NCBI GenBank assembly: GCA_951406725.2
Contig: CATOCA020000002.1
Location: forward strand, 868,001 to 932,000
Origin: Octopus vulgaris
Taxonomy: Eukaryota
Length of the DNA stretch: 64,000 nt
Reading direction: 5' to 3'
A program made the position numbers and the translations under genes. Position 1 is the stretch's first letter; each line of letters begins with the position of its first letter. Shown piece by piece: positions 12,250-26,178 of the stretch. Under the pieces are notes generated by a model that saw only the letters and a list, made by a program, of their open reading frames with translations, was not told where the DNA came from and made no database searches.

Positions 12250-13680
12250 TACCTTTTATTAGGTATCACTATAGAGTGCCATACAATGGAGACAAGCATA
12301 GTTTGAACACGAAAAACACATCTTTTGGCTTTATCATTTTCATGTCAAAATAAATATTTTCCATGGAAAATTATATATCATTTGAAAGCTTTGGCTGTGA
12401 ACTTTCTTCTCATAGTTTTAATTGAAATCCAACAGTTACATATGTCAGGGTCCCTCAAACACCTTAGTATTTTTATGTATTTTCAAAGTTAGTCCTGTTT
12501 TTTTTTCTTTGTCTGCTGAATGGCAGCCGTTATTTTAGTTCAGTGAGCTTGAGTGCCATATCTCAAGTTCTCTTAAAAATTATATACATGTGTTGAAGAA
12601 TGTTTTAGCTTGATTTTGATATAAAACTCGATGGGGGTTGGTCAGGAAGATGATCGTTACAAAATGTAAAAGTGAAACTTTTATTGTAAATTTTCACTTA
12701 GAAAAGAACATAATTTCTTCAAGATTTTTATACCATAAGAAAGGAAAATTTCTGGCTAAATAATCAAGGACATTGCCGATTCTGGCCAAAATATGGTGAA
12801 AAAGTGCAAAGTGAAAAATGAGGGTGGTATACTGATGCTTTTTGTGTACAGTTAACACATATTGACACTACTTGTCAGAATGATGGATTCCCACTCCGTG
12901 AATTCAAGAATTCAAATGTCAATTTTAATCCAGAATTTCAAGAAATAGACAAATTGATTGGTAAGTAAACATATTTCTACAAGAACTAAATTGAGTTACA
13001 TAGGGCTTCTAGAATCCAAAATTAGCATGTAATCATTGTATTAATAATGTTTATTCCCTATTGCTTCGTACCAAGCAACATATGAATTTTAGCTTGTGAA
13101 TTTCATATTTCTTAGAGAAATATTGGTCTATTTTCATCAATAAAAATTATATTGTTAGTTTGTAGTTTATTAAAGTCCTATGTGATTTTAAAAACTTTTC
13201 CTCTGATTTTGAATACAGTCTTGTAAAGTTTACATTTTCACAAATGCTGATTTTCACTTTTATATTTTGTAACGATTATCTGACCTACTACCATTGAGAT
13301 TTATATCAAAATAAATCTAAAGAATTCATCTACATGTGTGTATGGATTATCAACACAACTTGAGTTACAGTGCTCAAGCACATTGAACTAAATCAAGGGC
13401 TACTGTTCAGCAGTCAAAAAAAAAAAAAAAAAATCAAAATATGGGATAAACTTTAGAAATGCCAGGATATTTGAGGGATCCTGACATCTTAGGTAAGTAT
13501 CAGATTTTGATTAAAACTATATGAGAACAAAGTTCACATCCAGAACTTTCAAATAATATATAATTTTCCAAGGTATTTTGTCATGAAAATGATGTATCAA
13601 AAAATGGGTTTTTGCATGGTTAAACTGTGCATCACCCATTCCATAGAGCTCTCCAAGGATACTTATTAAATTTATTGTAA
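12250..13680. mobile_element. Old fold-back/MITE-like insertion with diverged inverted arms of about 430 bp
   Basis: About 12250-12690 is a degenerate reverse complement of about 13240-13680 (e.g. atgtcagggtccctcaaa / tttgagggatcctgacat). It interrupts the R4 element. Confidence 0.6.
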
Positions 13681-15629
13681 AGCCTGAAACTTAGAGAAGA
13701 TTCAGTTTTATGCTCTGTACCAGTGTATCAAAACTGAACCCCTTAGAGACAACAGATCGCAATATAATCATGTCTGAATACACGGGAAATGTTTATGATA
13801 GCTGTAATTTTATTTAATTATTTGTAGGACTGAGTTTTGGATTAGGACACCCCCATAATCTGGATTTTGTTAATTTTGACTGAGGTTTTTCTCATTTTTT
13901 TTCACCATAGTCTTGGTAATGAAGAGGGAAAGCTTTTTATAAAACAAAAGTTTGAGTTTTTAACACACACACCCAACCAATTTAGGCCAATTTTTTGACA
14001 CTAGGCATAGTGATAACTACTTCTATTTGATTGAAACAATGTATTCTGTACAAAACCTTTGCATCTAGCATCATATCTTTTCAATTTGCTCTTTGTGGCA
14101 ATTCTTCATACTATGTATAGTTTGCTTTTCCTTTACTTCTAACCTGTACTGTCCATTTAGTGTTCTGATAACAAACTCATTCTTGAGTTCTCTCACTATC
14201 CTATTTAATTACCCAGTTCTTTCCATGTCTTTTCCAACTTCATTCTTATTCTTTTTCTCCAGTTTGGTACCTTCTTTTCCTTCCTGTTCCTTTCTTCAAT
14301 AGTCTTCTGCCTTTATTCTATTATGTTAGCCACAACAATGGCAGTAGCTATGGTTAGCTGGTTTGTTTCATTAATGTTCTCTGTTTTACAGTCACTTGTC
14401 CAGTTAAATCACCTGCACTATTTGCACACCATCAGCTTTCTAAGGCATATAGTGATTTCCTTCTTTTTCATTTTTTTTTTCTCTTACCCTTTCATTACTA
14501 CTTTCTTCTACTGTTGTTTCACACTCTTCCTGTTAATTTTTTATTCTTTTCTCAGTTTCTTTAGCCTCTAATCCTAATCCTGTAAGCCAATCATTCATAC
14601 GAATTGCCCTTGCCTGGTCTATCAATCATTGGGTAGAAGCATTAAAGACTCCCTTTTCATCCCATATTCTCTTCATCCATTTTTTGAAACCTTTCAGCTC
14701 ACTTCTCAGCCAACATTCATTCACAATCTTGTTTACCTCTTTTTGCCATTTCAATTTTTTTCTACTGCACTTTTGACTTCAATTCTGAGCAATGATTTGA
14801 TGACAACCTGCCAGGGCTTAATCAGACATTCCTTGCCTGCTGTGCAATACTTTCCCTGTTAACAGTTCCAGTCCCATTAATGCAGTTATGATTATTATTT
14901 GAATATGACATCATTCATTTTGAAGTAACATTTATAATGAGGTTGTACATTTGTATTATCATTACATCATCACTAGGTGGTTTGCCAACCAAGGTTCAGA
15001 GAGTCCACACCTACTCTCATGTACTGTTGGGTGACCATTGACTCTGATGAGATCGTCTTCCCCCTTACAGCCATGTTTTTCTTTCTGCACTTTGTTCAAC
15101 TACCCTCCTCCTCACTAAGCTTGCTTGTTGGGTTTGCCAGTGTCGTTGCCAACAATCCAACGGTTAGTATGTTTATTTTAAACCTAAGTACATCATAATG
15201 TTGCTAACAATGGAAGCTCATTAGACACTCCCTCCAGACCAACACAATAAGTCAAGTACAAAATATATAGCTGATGGTCCCTTTCCTCATCTATTCTCTC
15301 CATCATTGCTTGGTCTAACAAATTTACCTTAATATTCTTTATCAATATTAATATTAATCTCGGTATAGTAATTATTACCATCCTCATCACTACTACTACC
15401 ACTATCATTATTATTTTTATGAACACAACCAATTTTACTATCATTGTCACTATCAGTTTCGCCATTAATATCACTATCACTATTTTTATAATCTTCACTA
15501 CAATCTTCATCAAGATTTCTAGTATAGGTGGAATGGGTGCAATTAGGTGAGTGCATTGCTGAAATGCAAGCAAGTTTTCAACATTGAAGATATAAGTGAA
15601 ACAAAATTGAAATATTGAACCAAATTCAA

Positions 15630-16080
15630 TGAGTGGCACCCATGCCAGTGGAGCGCTAACAGCTCCATCTGAGTGGGATCTCTGCCAGAGCAGCTGTCTG
15701 GCTTCCGTGCTGGTGGGCACGTAAAAAGCACCATTTGAGTGTGATCGTTACCAGCATTGCCTTACTGGCATGTGGACAAAACATTCGAGTGAGGTCGTTG
15801 CCAGTGCCACTGGACTGACTCCTGTGCAGGTGGCACGTAAAGAAACACCATTTCGAGTGTAGCCGTAGCGAGTACTGCCAGACTGGCCCTCGTGCAGGTG
15901 GCACGTAAAAGCACCTACTGCACTCTCAGAGTGGTTGGTGTTAGGAAGGGTATCCAGCTGTGGAAGCTCTGCCAGATCAGATTGGAGCCTGGTGCAGCCA
16001 TCTGGTTCGCCAGTCCTCAGTCAAATTGTCCAACCCATGCTAGCATGGAAGCGGACAATAAATGATGATGATGATAATGA
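15630..16080 (+). mobile_element. RTE 3'-UTR-derived element
   Basis: ggtggcacgtaaaaagcacc repeats, gttaggaagggcatccagctgt...aacccatgctagcatggaa and an (ATG)n tail, as in the 3' UTR at 25460-26082. Confidence 0.75.
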
Positions 16081-16129
16081 TATATATATATATATATACA
16101 CACACTGTGATGATGACGAAGATATATAT

Positions 16130-16450
16130 ATCACTGTGCTTGAGGAGACCTATTGAGACAAGTACATCAACATCAAAATTCAAATGGAAACTGTAGTCGT
16201 GATACCTGTGCTGGTGGTATGTAAAAAGCACCAAACTATCGTGGCCGTTGCCAGCCTCGCCTGGCACCTGTGCCGGTGGCATATAAAAAGAACCCACTAC
16301 ACTCACGGAGTGACTGGCATTAGGAAGGGCATCCAGCTGTAAAAACACTGCCAGATCAGACTGGAGCCTGGTGCAGCCTCCTGGCTTCCCAGACCCCGGT
16401 CGAACTGTCCAACCCATGCTAGCATGGAAAACGGACGTTAAACGATGATC
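16130..16450 (+). mobile_element. RTE 3'-UTR-derived element
   Basis: Same terminal sequence, ending ggacgttaaacgatgat. Confidence 0.75.
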
Positions 16451-16696
16451 TGAAATTTGATGAGAAAAAGAAAGCAAATTTGAAAAAAAAAACATCACTG
16501 TTATTCTATATGCAAAAGAAGAAACATAAACACATAAATTTTACCTGGTCCTTGACTTCCTGCATACAATATCATTAGTCGAAACTATAACCATAGAGAC
16601 AAGCGGAAAAGAAATACAATATATGACTATTTCAATATGGAGCACTATTCTGAAGTGAGACAGAGAGAGCCAGCAAGCCTTCCAGTTATTGTTATT

Positions 16697-16900
16697 AAGG
16701 TAGCAAGCTGGCAGAATCATTAACATTCCTGGTGAAATGCTTAACAGCATCTTGTCCGTCTTTACGTGCTGAGGTGAACTTTGCCTTTCATCCTTTCAGA
16801 ATCGATAAATTAAGTACCAGTGAAACACTAGGGTCAATGTAATCAACTAGTACCTCTCCCCCAAATTGCAGGCCTTGTGTCTATAGTAGAAAGGCTTATT
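16697..16900 (+). mobile_element. tRNA-derived SINE (degenerate, same family as 2875)
   Basis: aggtagcaagctggcagaatcattaac...actttgcctttcatcctttc...gataaattaagtaccag. Confidence 0.75.
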
Positions 16901-17061
16901 ATTTAAAAAGAGTTTGAGTCAGCCCTATGCAACTTGAAGATTCATAAATGCAACACTCAAACCTAGCTCATCAGGCACAGTTGACTGAATGCAGAGACAG
17001 AGGAATTCCAAAATGATTATGGAAATTGGGCTGCCATAGGTCAATATATTTTTTTATTCAT

Positions 17062-18025
17062 TTACTTGTTTCAGTCATTTGACTGGCCATACTGGAGCAC
17101 CATCTTTAGTCAATAAATTGACCCCAGGACTTATTCTATGTAAGCCTAGTACTTATTCTGTCGGTCCTTTTTTGCTGAACTGCTAAGTTATGAGGATGCA
17201 AACACACCAACATTGGTTGTCAAGCAATAGTGTAGGAACAAACACACAACAGGCTTCTTTATGTTTCCATCTACCAAATCCACTCACAAGGCTTTGGGCA
17301 GCCCAAGGCTATAGTAGAAGACACCCAAGGTGGCCCACAGGGGGACTGAACCTGGAGCCATATGGTTGGGAAGCAAGCTTCTTACCACACAGCCACTCCT
17401 GTGCCTATATGTATATTATATATGTTATATATAAATATACATTATATATTCTTTAATTCTTTTATTTCAGTCATTTGACTGCGGCCATGCTGGTGCACTG
17501 CCTGGCAGGGTTTTAGTCAGACAAATCAACCCCAGGACTTCTTTCTTAAGCCTGGTATTTATTCTCTGTCTCCTTTCTCGAACTGCAACGTTACAAGGAC
17601 ATAAGCACACATACACATATACATACATACACACACACATATATACATACATATACATGTGTATGTGTGTGTGTGTATATATATATGTATATATATATAT
17701 ATTCTTTTACTTGTTTCAGTCGAGTAAATTGACACCAGGACTTATTGTTTGGAAGCCTAGTACTTATTCTATCGGTATCTTTTGCCGAATCGCTAAGTTA
17801 CAGGGACGTAAACACACCACCATCGGTTGTCAAATGATGTTGGGGGACAAATAGACACACACACATACATATCTATATATACTTATATACGACGGGCTTC
17901 TTTCAGATTCTGTCTACCAAATCCACTCACAAGGCTTTGGTCGGCTCGAGGCTATAGTAGAAAACACTTGCCCAAGGTTCCATATGGTTGGTAAGCAAGC
18001 TACTTACCATACAGCCACTCCTGCA

Positions 18026-18027
<2 letters not shown>
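17062..18027 (-). mobile_element. Cluster of three tRNA-derived SINEs (second family) with CR1-type 3' tail
   Basis: Heads GGAGTGGCTGTGTGGTAAG...GGTTCAGTCCC at about 17400 and 18020. Tails CCAGCATGGCCGCAGTCAAATGACTGAAA at about 17065-17100 and 17465-17495. Confidence 0.75.
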
Positions 18028-18065
<38 letters not shown>

Positions 18066-18071
18066 ATATGT

Positions 18072-19530
18072 TTCAGCCTTGAGACTGCGACCATGCTGGT
18101 GTACCACTCGTGTAATCATCGTTTAATTGGCCAATTCTATGGGATTGGCTTTTGGTGAAGGAGGGATTTCGATACTGCTGCCCTGTTTTGAGTTTTCTGC
18201 CTTGATATTGGTTCATCTGGGATCTTGGATGGCAAGAGGTCAAGTTGTCTTTCAAAAATATCTACTCCCACTCCATGGAGATCCCTCATATTTTGGCAAG
18301 AAGTTAAATAGCTGTGGGCCCTTGAATCCCAGGCTATTGTAGTACATTGTCCCCACTCTGGATGAGACAGCTGGGACTTTTCAAACAGTGCATTGATGTC
18401 CATTTTGAGGTTTTGTATGACTCTCAATTCCAAAGTTTGGTGCCAACCCCTCCAGTATCTTCCCCACATATATCACTGCATACCTCTCCCGTCTTTGCTC
18501 CGGGAGTAAAATCATAACTCATTCAGCCTCTCCCAGTAACTCAGCTGTTCCATTGATGCAATCTTTGTGTAGTATTGCTGAACTGCCTCAATTTCTGCTA
18601 CTAATCCTACAGTGCAAGGTGAATACAGTTGAGATCAGTAGTCCAGACGGCTGAGGTCAAATGTCCACAGTAGGACCAGCATAATTTCCTGGTCCTTTGT
18701 TCTGAGGGTTCTCAGAATCCATCCTGCACACTGCCACCATCTTGGTGATATGCATGTGAAATGAGGCATCGTTGCTATCAATTCTAACTGTATGTGATTT
18801 TAGGATTGCTGCTCTTTTTGGCCCAAAGTATCGTTGTGACTTCTGAGCACCAATTAGCTGGTAGCAGAGGGCTTGGAATTTGCCTGCATTAAATTGCATG
18901 TTCTCAGCCCATTTATATATGGCATCTAGGTCTTTTTGTAGAAGAGTAGCATCAGAAGGTTCCTTGATTGCTTGTACTACTTCCGTGTCGTCGCCATAGC
19001 TAGTAAGTGTAGCTATCTGTGTAACTGATGGCATGCCTGAAATAACCACCATGAACAGCAGTGGTCCCAATACAGTTGCCTGAGGCACTTCACTTTCTAT
19101 TAATGTCTCTGTGGAAAGGGCTCTGTTGGCTTTTACAGCCTGGTTTCAGCCTTTTTAGAAGTCATGCAAACACTCTCGGATTTTCCCAGTTATGCTGAAT
19201 CTCTGTAATTTGTGACATATCATCCCATGATCAACCTTATTAAAGGCCTTTGCAAATTCAAGACATATCACAACTACATTTGGGCCATTCATTAATTGTT
19301 TCAACACTCAGTCATAGTTTTGCAAAAGTTGTGTAAGGCAGCATCTGCCTGAGTGACAGCCATGTTGGGTGTCAGGAAGCAAGTCATTATCTTCAAGGAA
19401 CGCAATTAGTTTCATCCTGACAATGCACCCCATGACTTCGCTGGCATAGAAAGTTAGAGACACAGGTCTATAATTCTTAGCATCTGCTCTTCTACCTCCC
19501 TTATGGATAAGGCATATAATGCCTTTACTT
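18072..19530 (-). mobile_element. Decayed CR1-group LINE (RT to 3' UTR)
   Basis: [35 protein letters not shown] and IPDEP remnants with frameshifts. The 3' tail abuts (TA)n. Confidence 0.85.
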
Positions 19531-19952
19531 TTTTTCAGAAGTCTCTCTGTTTGTGATTTTGCTACATTAACTCCATCGTAACTGTCCGGCAGACCTTGAT
19601 GAAACTTGACATGGGTGTGGGACTTATATCCATGCATTCACTTACACACTTCGAATTTCTAAAAAATTGATTTTTAATCAGCATCAATTTTTCAAAAACC
19701 GTAAAATTATGGCATGTTTTGCACTAGTCATTGTGACATCAATTTGAGGAAAAATACTCAAATTTTACAAAAAATGTTTCATGGGTATAAACAGATCAAT
19801 GGTAATCTATTTAACATTTGCTAATTCTTCATTTCAATGCAAATTGTTTTGATTTGCTAAAACTTCTTATTTCAATTCGTTGTTTTAATTCCCCAGCATC
19901 TCAGATTTTCATTAGGTAAGAGCATTTTATCAATATATATATATGTATATAT

Positions 19953-20670
19953 CAACATCATCTTTTAACGTCCACTTTCCATGCTGGCATGGGTTGGACG
20001 GTTTGACTGAGGACTGGCAAGCCAGATAGCTACACCAGGCTCCAATCTGATCTGGCAGAGTTTCTACAGCTGGATGCCCTTCCTAACACCAACCACTCCA
20101 AGAGTGTAGTGGGTGCTTTTACATACCACTGGCACGAGGGCCAGTCAGGCAGTACTGGCAACAGCCATGCTCAAAAGGTGTTTTTTACGTGCCACCCGCA
20201 CAGGAGCCAGTCCAACGGTTCTGGCAACGACCTCACTTGAATATTGTTTTTTCACGTGCCAGTAAGGCAACACTGGTAACATTCATGCTCGAATGGTACT
20301 TTTTACGTACTACCAGCATCCTGGCAACGATCATGCTCAGATGGTGCTCTTAACGTTCCACTAGCATGGATGCCAGTCAGGTGGTGTTGTCATCAGCCAT
20401 GTCAGCGAATTTGATTTCAATTTCACTTGCCTCAACAGGTCTTCACAAGCAGAGTTTAGTGTCCAATGAAAGAAAGGTATACATAAGTGGGTTACACCAC
20501 TGGCATAGGCCATGGGTTATAGTCTCACTTTGCTTGCCAGGTCTTCTTAAGCAGAGCATATTTCCAAAGGTCTCGGTCACTAGTCATTGCCTCGGTGAGG
20601 CCTAATGTTCAAAGGTCATCCTTCACCACCTCATCCCAGGTCTTTCTCGGCCTACCTCTTCCACAGCATA
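19953..20670 (-). mobile_element. RTE LINE 3' fragment (RT C-terminus + 3' UTR)
   Basis: GRGRPRKTWDEVVKDDL remnant at about 20610-20665, then the 3' UTR and a (GAT)n tail into (TA)n. Confidence 0.8.
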
Positions 20671-20839
20671 AGTGGGCTGTTTACACTCTTGGCATAGGCC
20701 ACAAGGTTATGGTTTCACTTGGTTTGCCAAGTCTTCTCAAGCACAGCATATTTCTAAGAAATGTTCTCAAGAAAAGTTTAGCAAACAACCAAAAAGTAAT
20801 CTAGCAAGACAAAAGAAAAGCAATAAAAATATGGATTAT

Positions 20840-20911
20840 TCACATACATGTTTCACTATTAACATATTACATAATTTTACTTACATAAATGTCCGTAGAT
20901 CTTCGGTGTGA
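20840..20911 (-). ncRNA. Minimal type-I hammerhead ribozyme, variant core CCGAAGA
   Basis: Minus strand: UCACA-CCGAAGA-UCUA...UAGU-GAAA-CAUG-UA-UGUGA. 5-bp stem I, palindromic stem III, and loop II similar to the 54244 family. Confidence 0.6.
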
Positions 20912-21006
20912 CCGTCCAGATAAATATAATATGCAGAACTATATACTAGGACATCAGCACATAATATCAAGGTCTCTTTCTTTTGTTGTCTTACCATTTT
21001 TGTCAA

Positions 21007-21470
<464 letters not shown>

Positions 21471-21474
21471 TATG

Positions 21475-23217
21475 TTTTTTTTTTCTAGTTTCAGCTCAGA
21501 GCTGCGGCCATGCTGATGCACCGCCGTTTTGTGCTACACTGTTATTATGATGGACCTCGTCTAATATGTGGCACTTGGTGAAGAATGGAGTTTGATATAG
21601 CTACTCTCATTTGCACCTCTTGCCGTGAGGTAGGTTCATCTGGGACTCTTGACAGGAAGATGTCCAGCTTTGATTTAAAAACCGCAACATCTACTTTGTG
21701 CAAGTTCCTCAGACTCTTTGGGAGAATATTAAAAAGCTGTGGGCCCTTGAAACCCAGGCTGTTGCAGAAGCTGGTCCTGAAGTGTGATGGCATTGCTGAG
21801 ATTTTTGGCACTATGCAGTGTCGTCCCGTTCTAGCATTGGTGTAGCTTACAATGCCAAAATTTGGCACAATTCCTTCCAGGATCTTCAAGAAATATATTA
21901 CTGCATACCTCTCCCGTCTTCTCTCCAGGGAGTAGAGTCTTAGCTGTTTCAACCTTTCCCAGCAGCTGAGCTGTTGCAAAGAGATGATCTTCTTTGTGAA
22001 TCTTTTCTGGATTGCTTCAAGGTCCGCTGTTAATTTTACATTGGTGGGTGACCATAGCTGTGAGCAGTAATCCAGGCGACAGGACGAATGTCCGTCAGAG
22101 GACCATCATGGTTTCCTTATCTCTGGTTCTGAATGTTCTTAGGATCCACTCAGCCAGTCGTCTGCACTTTGTCGCCATCCTGGTAATGTGCACTTCGAAA
22201 GAGGTATCATCACTCATGTCGATACCCAGGTCCCTCACAGACTTAGGCTCTGGGATTGACATTCCCTGTGGACCGGTGTATCCTGTAAGTATAATATTCA
22301 GTTTTGGATGCTGGTAGCACAGGGCCTGGAATTTTTCAGCATTAAACTGCATATTATTATCCTCAGCCCATCTGTAGATTGAGTCCAACTCCTGCTGCAG
22401 GTGTGCAACATCGCTGGGGTTCTGTATTTTCTGCGAGACTTTTGTATCGTCTGCATAGCTGGCCAGAGTGGCTATCCGGGCATTTGAGGGCATATCTGAG
22501 AGGGCCACTATAAAAAGCAGTGGTCCCTAGATAGTGCCCTGTGGAACACCACTCACTATTTGTGTGTTCATAGAGGTGGCTCCATTAACCACTACTGCCT
22601 GACTCCTATCTGTCAGGAAGTCATGCAACCACACTCCAAGTTTTCCAGCTATGCCGAGGTCATGCAGTTTGTAGCATATCATACCATGATCCACCTTGTC
22701 AAAAGCTTTTGCAAAATCAAGGTAGATTACGTCCACATTTGATTTGTTGAGTAACAGCCTCAACACCCAGTCATAATGTTGTAAGAGCTGGGTCAGGCAG
22801 CTCATACCTGGTCGAAAACCATGCTGGGTATCACTCAGCAAGTTATTTTCCTCAAGGAATGCGATTAGTTTCTTTCTGACTATCCGTTCCATGACGTTGC
22901 TGATGTGTGAAGTCAGAGAGATAGGCCTATAGTTTTTGGCATCTGCTCTACTTCCCCCTTTATGTATTGGGCATATTATTCCCTCCTTCAGCTTGCTTGG
23001 CAGTTTGCCATTCGCAAGAAAGCTCTTGAAGAGAATCTTCAGAGGTTTTGCCAGGGCATGCTTACACACTTTGAGGAGGATGGCTGGGAAACCATCTGGA
23101 CCAGCAGCTGAGTTTGTGTCCACTTCATCTATGGGTTGTAGGACATCTTTTTCGCTAATGTCAATACATTCTTTTGTAACTGCCTCGCTGGTTATAGGTG
23201 AGGCGGCAAAGAAGTCC

Positions 23218-23219
<2 letters not shown>
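21475..23219 (-). mobile_element. 5'-truncated CR1-group LINE
   Basis: ORF pieces 22527-23219, 22095-22508 and 21545-21979: AGPDG, YLDFAKAFDKV, GVPQG, YADD, LYSLERRRERY. 3' UTR and A-tail present. (TA)n on both sides. Confidence 0.92.
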
Positions 23220-23279
<60 letters not shown>

Positions 23280-23280
23280 G

Positions 23281-23313
<33 letters not shown>

Positions 23314-23362
23314 TTATGTATATATATATATATTTATGTATATATATATATATATATTTATG

Positions 23363-23393
<31 letters not shown>

Positions 23394-23488
23394 ATATATA
23401 TTTATGTATATATATATATATATATTTATGTATATATATATTTATGTATATATATATATATATTTATGTATATATATATATATATATT

Positions 23489-23518
<30 letters not shown>

Positions 23519-23519
<1 letters not shown>

Positions 23520-26082
23520 CTAGGAGACAGGTTTATTTAGCCAGAGGGGAAGCGGATAAGAAAAAATTTGCCAATGTTCTGAGCCGTGAGGATGAAAGAC
23601 TTGAGGTATTTCGTGTTGCAAGACAGTGTGTGAGAGAGAATCGTGATGTGGTAGGAGAGAAGTGTGTTCGCATGGATGATGGTTCACTTGCGCTAAATGA
23701 GGATGCAAAGAGAGAGGTTTGGAGATGCCACTATGAAAGGTTGCTGAATAAAGAAAATGAATGGGATAAAGAGAGTCTGCCGAATGTTGACCCAACAGAG
23801 GGACCAGCTATCAGAGTTGATAGTTCCGTGGTAGCTAAGGCAATTAGAAGCATGAAGACAGGGAAAGCCCCAGGCCCATCAGGAATTACTGCAGAGATGC
23901 TCAAAATATCTGGCAGTGTCGGCTATAACCTAGTCACCCGTATAGTCAACCAGGTGATACACGAAGGAGTCATACCCAATGACTGGTGTAGCAGCATACT
24001 AGTCAACTGCTACAAAGGTAAAGGTGATGCCCTGGATACAAATAATTACAGAGGTATCAAGCTGTTGGATCAGGTAATGAAGGTTACGGAGAGGGTCATA
24101 GCCCAACTAATTAGAGAGAGAGTTAGTTTAGATGAGATGCAGTTTGGGTTTGTCCCAGGGAAAAGCACCACTGATGATATATTCCTGGTAAAGCAGCTGC
24201 AGGAGAAATACCTAGCCAAAGATAAGCCCCTGTACCTGGCTTTCGTTGACATGGAGAAAGCCTTTGATAGGGTCCCCCGATCCCTCATCTGGTGGTCAAT
24301 GAGGAAACTAGGGATAGATGAATGGCTGGTGAGGGCTGTGCAAGCCATGTACAGAGATGCCGTAAGTAAGGTTAGAGTTGGCAACATGTACACAGAAGAA
24401 TTCAAAGTAGAGGTTGGGGTCCACCAGGGTTCAGTACTCAGCCCCCTCCTATTTATCATAGTCCTCCAGGCAATTGTGGAGGAATTCAAGACAGGTTGCC
24501 CCTGGGAGCTCCTCTATGCTGACGACCTCGCTCTAATCGCTGAGTCACTATCAGAACTGGAGGAGAAGTTCCAGGTGTGGAAGGAGGGTTTAGAATCGAG
24601 GGGCCTTAGAGTCAACCTAGCTAAAACCAAAGCACTAATAAGTAGAAAGGTAGAAAATCCACAAATATCCTCAGGAAGATGGCCCTGCTCGATCTGTAGA
24701 AAAGGTGTAGGTAGAAACTCTATAAGATGTACCCAGTGTAAGCTATGGACACATAAGAGGTGCAGCAATGTCAAAGGTAGGCTAACTGGGAAGATAGTTT
24801 TTGTATGTGGCAGATGCTCTGGAGCATTGACCTCCGAAAATCTGCAGGAAACAACTTCCGTCACTTTCCGGGGGAAAAACTAGAAGTAGTTGATAGCTTC
24901 CGCTATCTAGGTGACCAAGTCAGTAGTGGGGGTGGGTGCGCTGAAAGTGTAACTGCTAGAATAAGAATAGCCTGGGCAAAGTTTAGGGAGCTCTTACCTC
25001 TGCTGGTGACTAAAGGCCTCTCGCTCAGAGTAAAAGGCAGACTGTATGATGCATGTGTACGAACAGCTATGCTACATGGCAGTGAAACATGACTGCTGAG
25101 GACATGCGTAAGCTCGTGAGGAACGAAGCCAGTATGCTCCGATGGATGTGTAATGTCAGTGTACTTACTCGACAGAGCGTTAGTACCTTGAGAGAAATGT
25201 TGTACCTAAGAAGCATCAGTTGTTGTGTGCAAGAGAGACGATTGCGCTGGTATGGTCATGTGGCGAGAATGGATGAAGATAGGTGTGTGAGAAAGTGCCA
25301 ATCCCTAGCAGTTGAGGGAACCCGTGGAAGAGGTAGACCCAGGAAAACCTGGGACGAGGTGGTGAAGCACGACCTTCGGACGTTAGGTCTCACCATGGAA
25401 ATGACTAGAGACCGAGACCTATGGAAGTATGCTGTGCGTGAGAAGACCCGGCAAGACTAGTGAAGCCATAATCCGTGGCCCCTACCTGGGACGTAGTCAG
25501 TCCACCTGTGCATCCCTTCCTTCTTGTGACACTTGTGAAGACCTGTTGAGGCAAGTGAGAATCGAATCAAATCAAATCAAATCGAACCAAATCAAAATAG
25601 ATGAACATCAATGGAATTTGTATCCTTGTGGTACCAGTGCCGGTGGCACATAAGAAAACCATCCGAACGTGACCATAGCCAGTACCGCAACGACTGGCCT
25701 CCGTGCTGAGGGCACGTAACAAACACCATCCGAGCGTGGCCGTCCGCCAGCCTTGTCTGGCACCTGTGTCGGTGACACATAAGAAAACACCATCCGAGCG
25801 TGGCCGTCAGCCAGCCTCGTCTGGCACCTGTGTCAGTGGCACATAAAAAACACCATCCGAGCGTGGCCGTCTGCCAGCCTAGTCTGGCACCTGTGTCGGT
25901 GGCACATAAAATCACCCACTACACTCTCGGAGTGGTTGGCGTTAGGAAGGGCATCCAGCTGTAGAAACACTGCCAGATCTGACTGGCCTGGTGAAGCCTT
26001 CGGTCTTGCCAGACCCCAGTTGAACCGTCCAACCCATGCTAGCATGGAAAGCGGACGTTAAACGATGATGATGATGATGATG
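23519..26082 (+). mobile_element. 5'-truncated RTE-clade LINE with Cys-rich (PHD-like) insert and long repetitive 3' UTR
   Basis: [43 protein letters not shown] and RLRWYGHV..GRPRKTW. Two frameshifts. (ATG)n tail. (TA)n on both sides. Confidence 0.93.
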
Positions 26083-26135
26083 ATATATATATTTATGTAT
26101 ATATATATATATTTATGTATATATATATATATATT

Positions 26136-26178
<43 letters not shown>

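Larger units (their letters stand above)
8510..14950 (-). mobile_element. Decayed R4/Dong-like non-LTR retrotransposon (RT + CCHC + restriction-like endonuclease), interrupted by nested insertions
   Basis: Collinear minus-strand remnants: DQARAIRMNDWL (~14600), NWKGPGLDG (~12070), GIFQGDSL (~11500), LFMDNIKLY/VGIEFGIEKC (~10630-10740), YKYLGILE...DRKTRKLLT (9398-9871), ETMVHIVTECPKLAQ..Y..RHD (~9100), ILWDFPIQT..NKLDI..CLLID (8783-8980) and LQKVCLLGTGKIIRRVL* (~8610). Confidence 0.8.

Noticed and set aside
15193-15720. 175-aa and 75-aa (acidic) ORFs
   Set aside because: Low-complexity sequence partly overlapping an RTE UTR, with no recognisable domain. Possibly a transposase N-terminal relic, but unsupported.
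25620-25915. CRISPR-like regularly spaced repeats
   Set aside because: The intervening sequences are also repeated, the array lies in an RTE 3' UTR, the context is eukaryotic and there are no cas genes.
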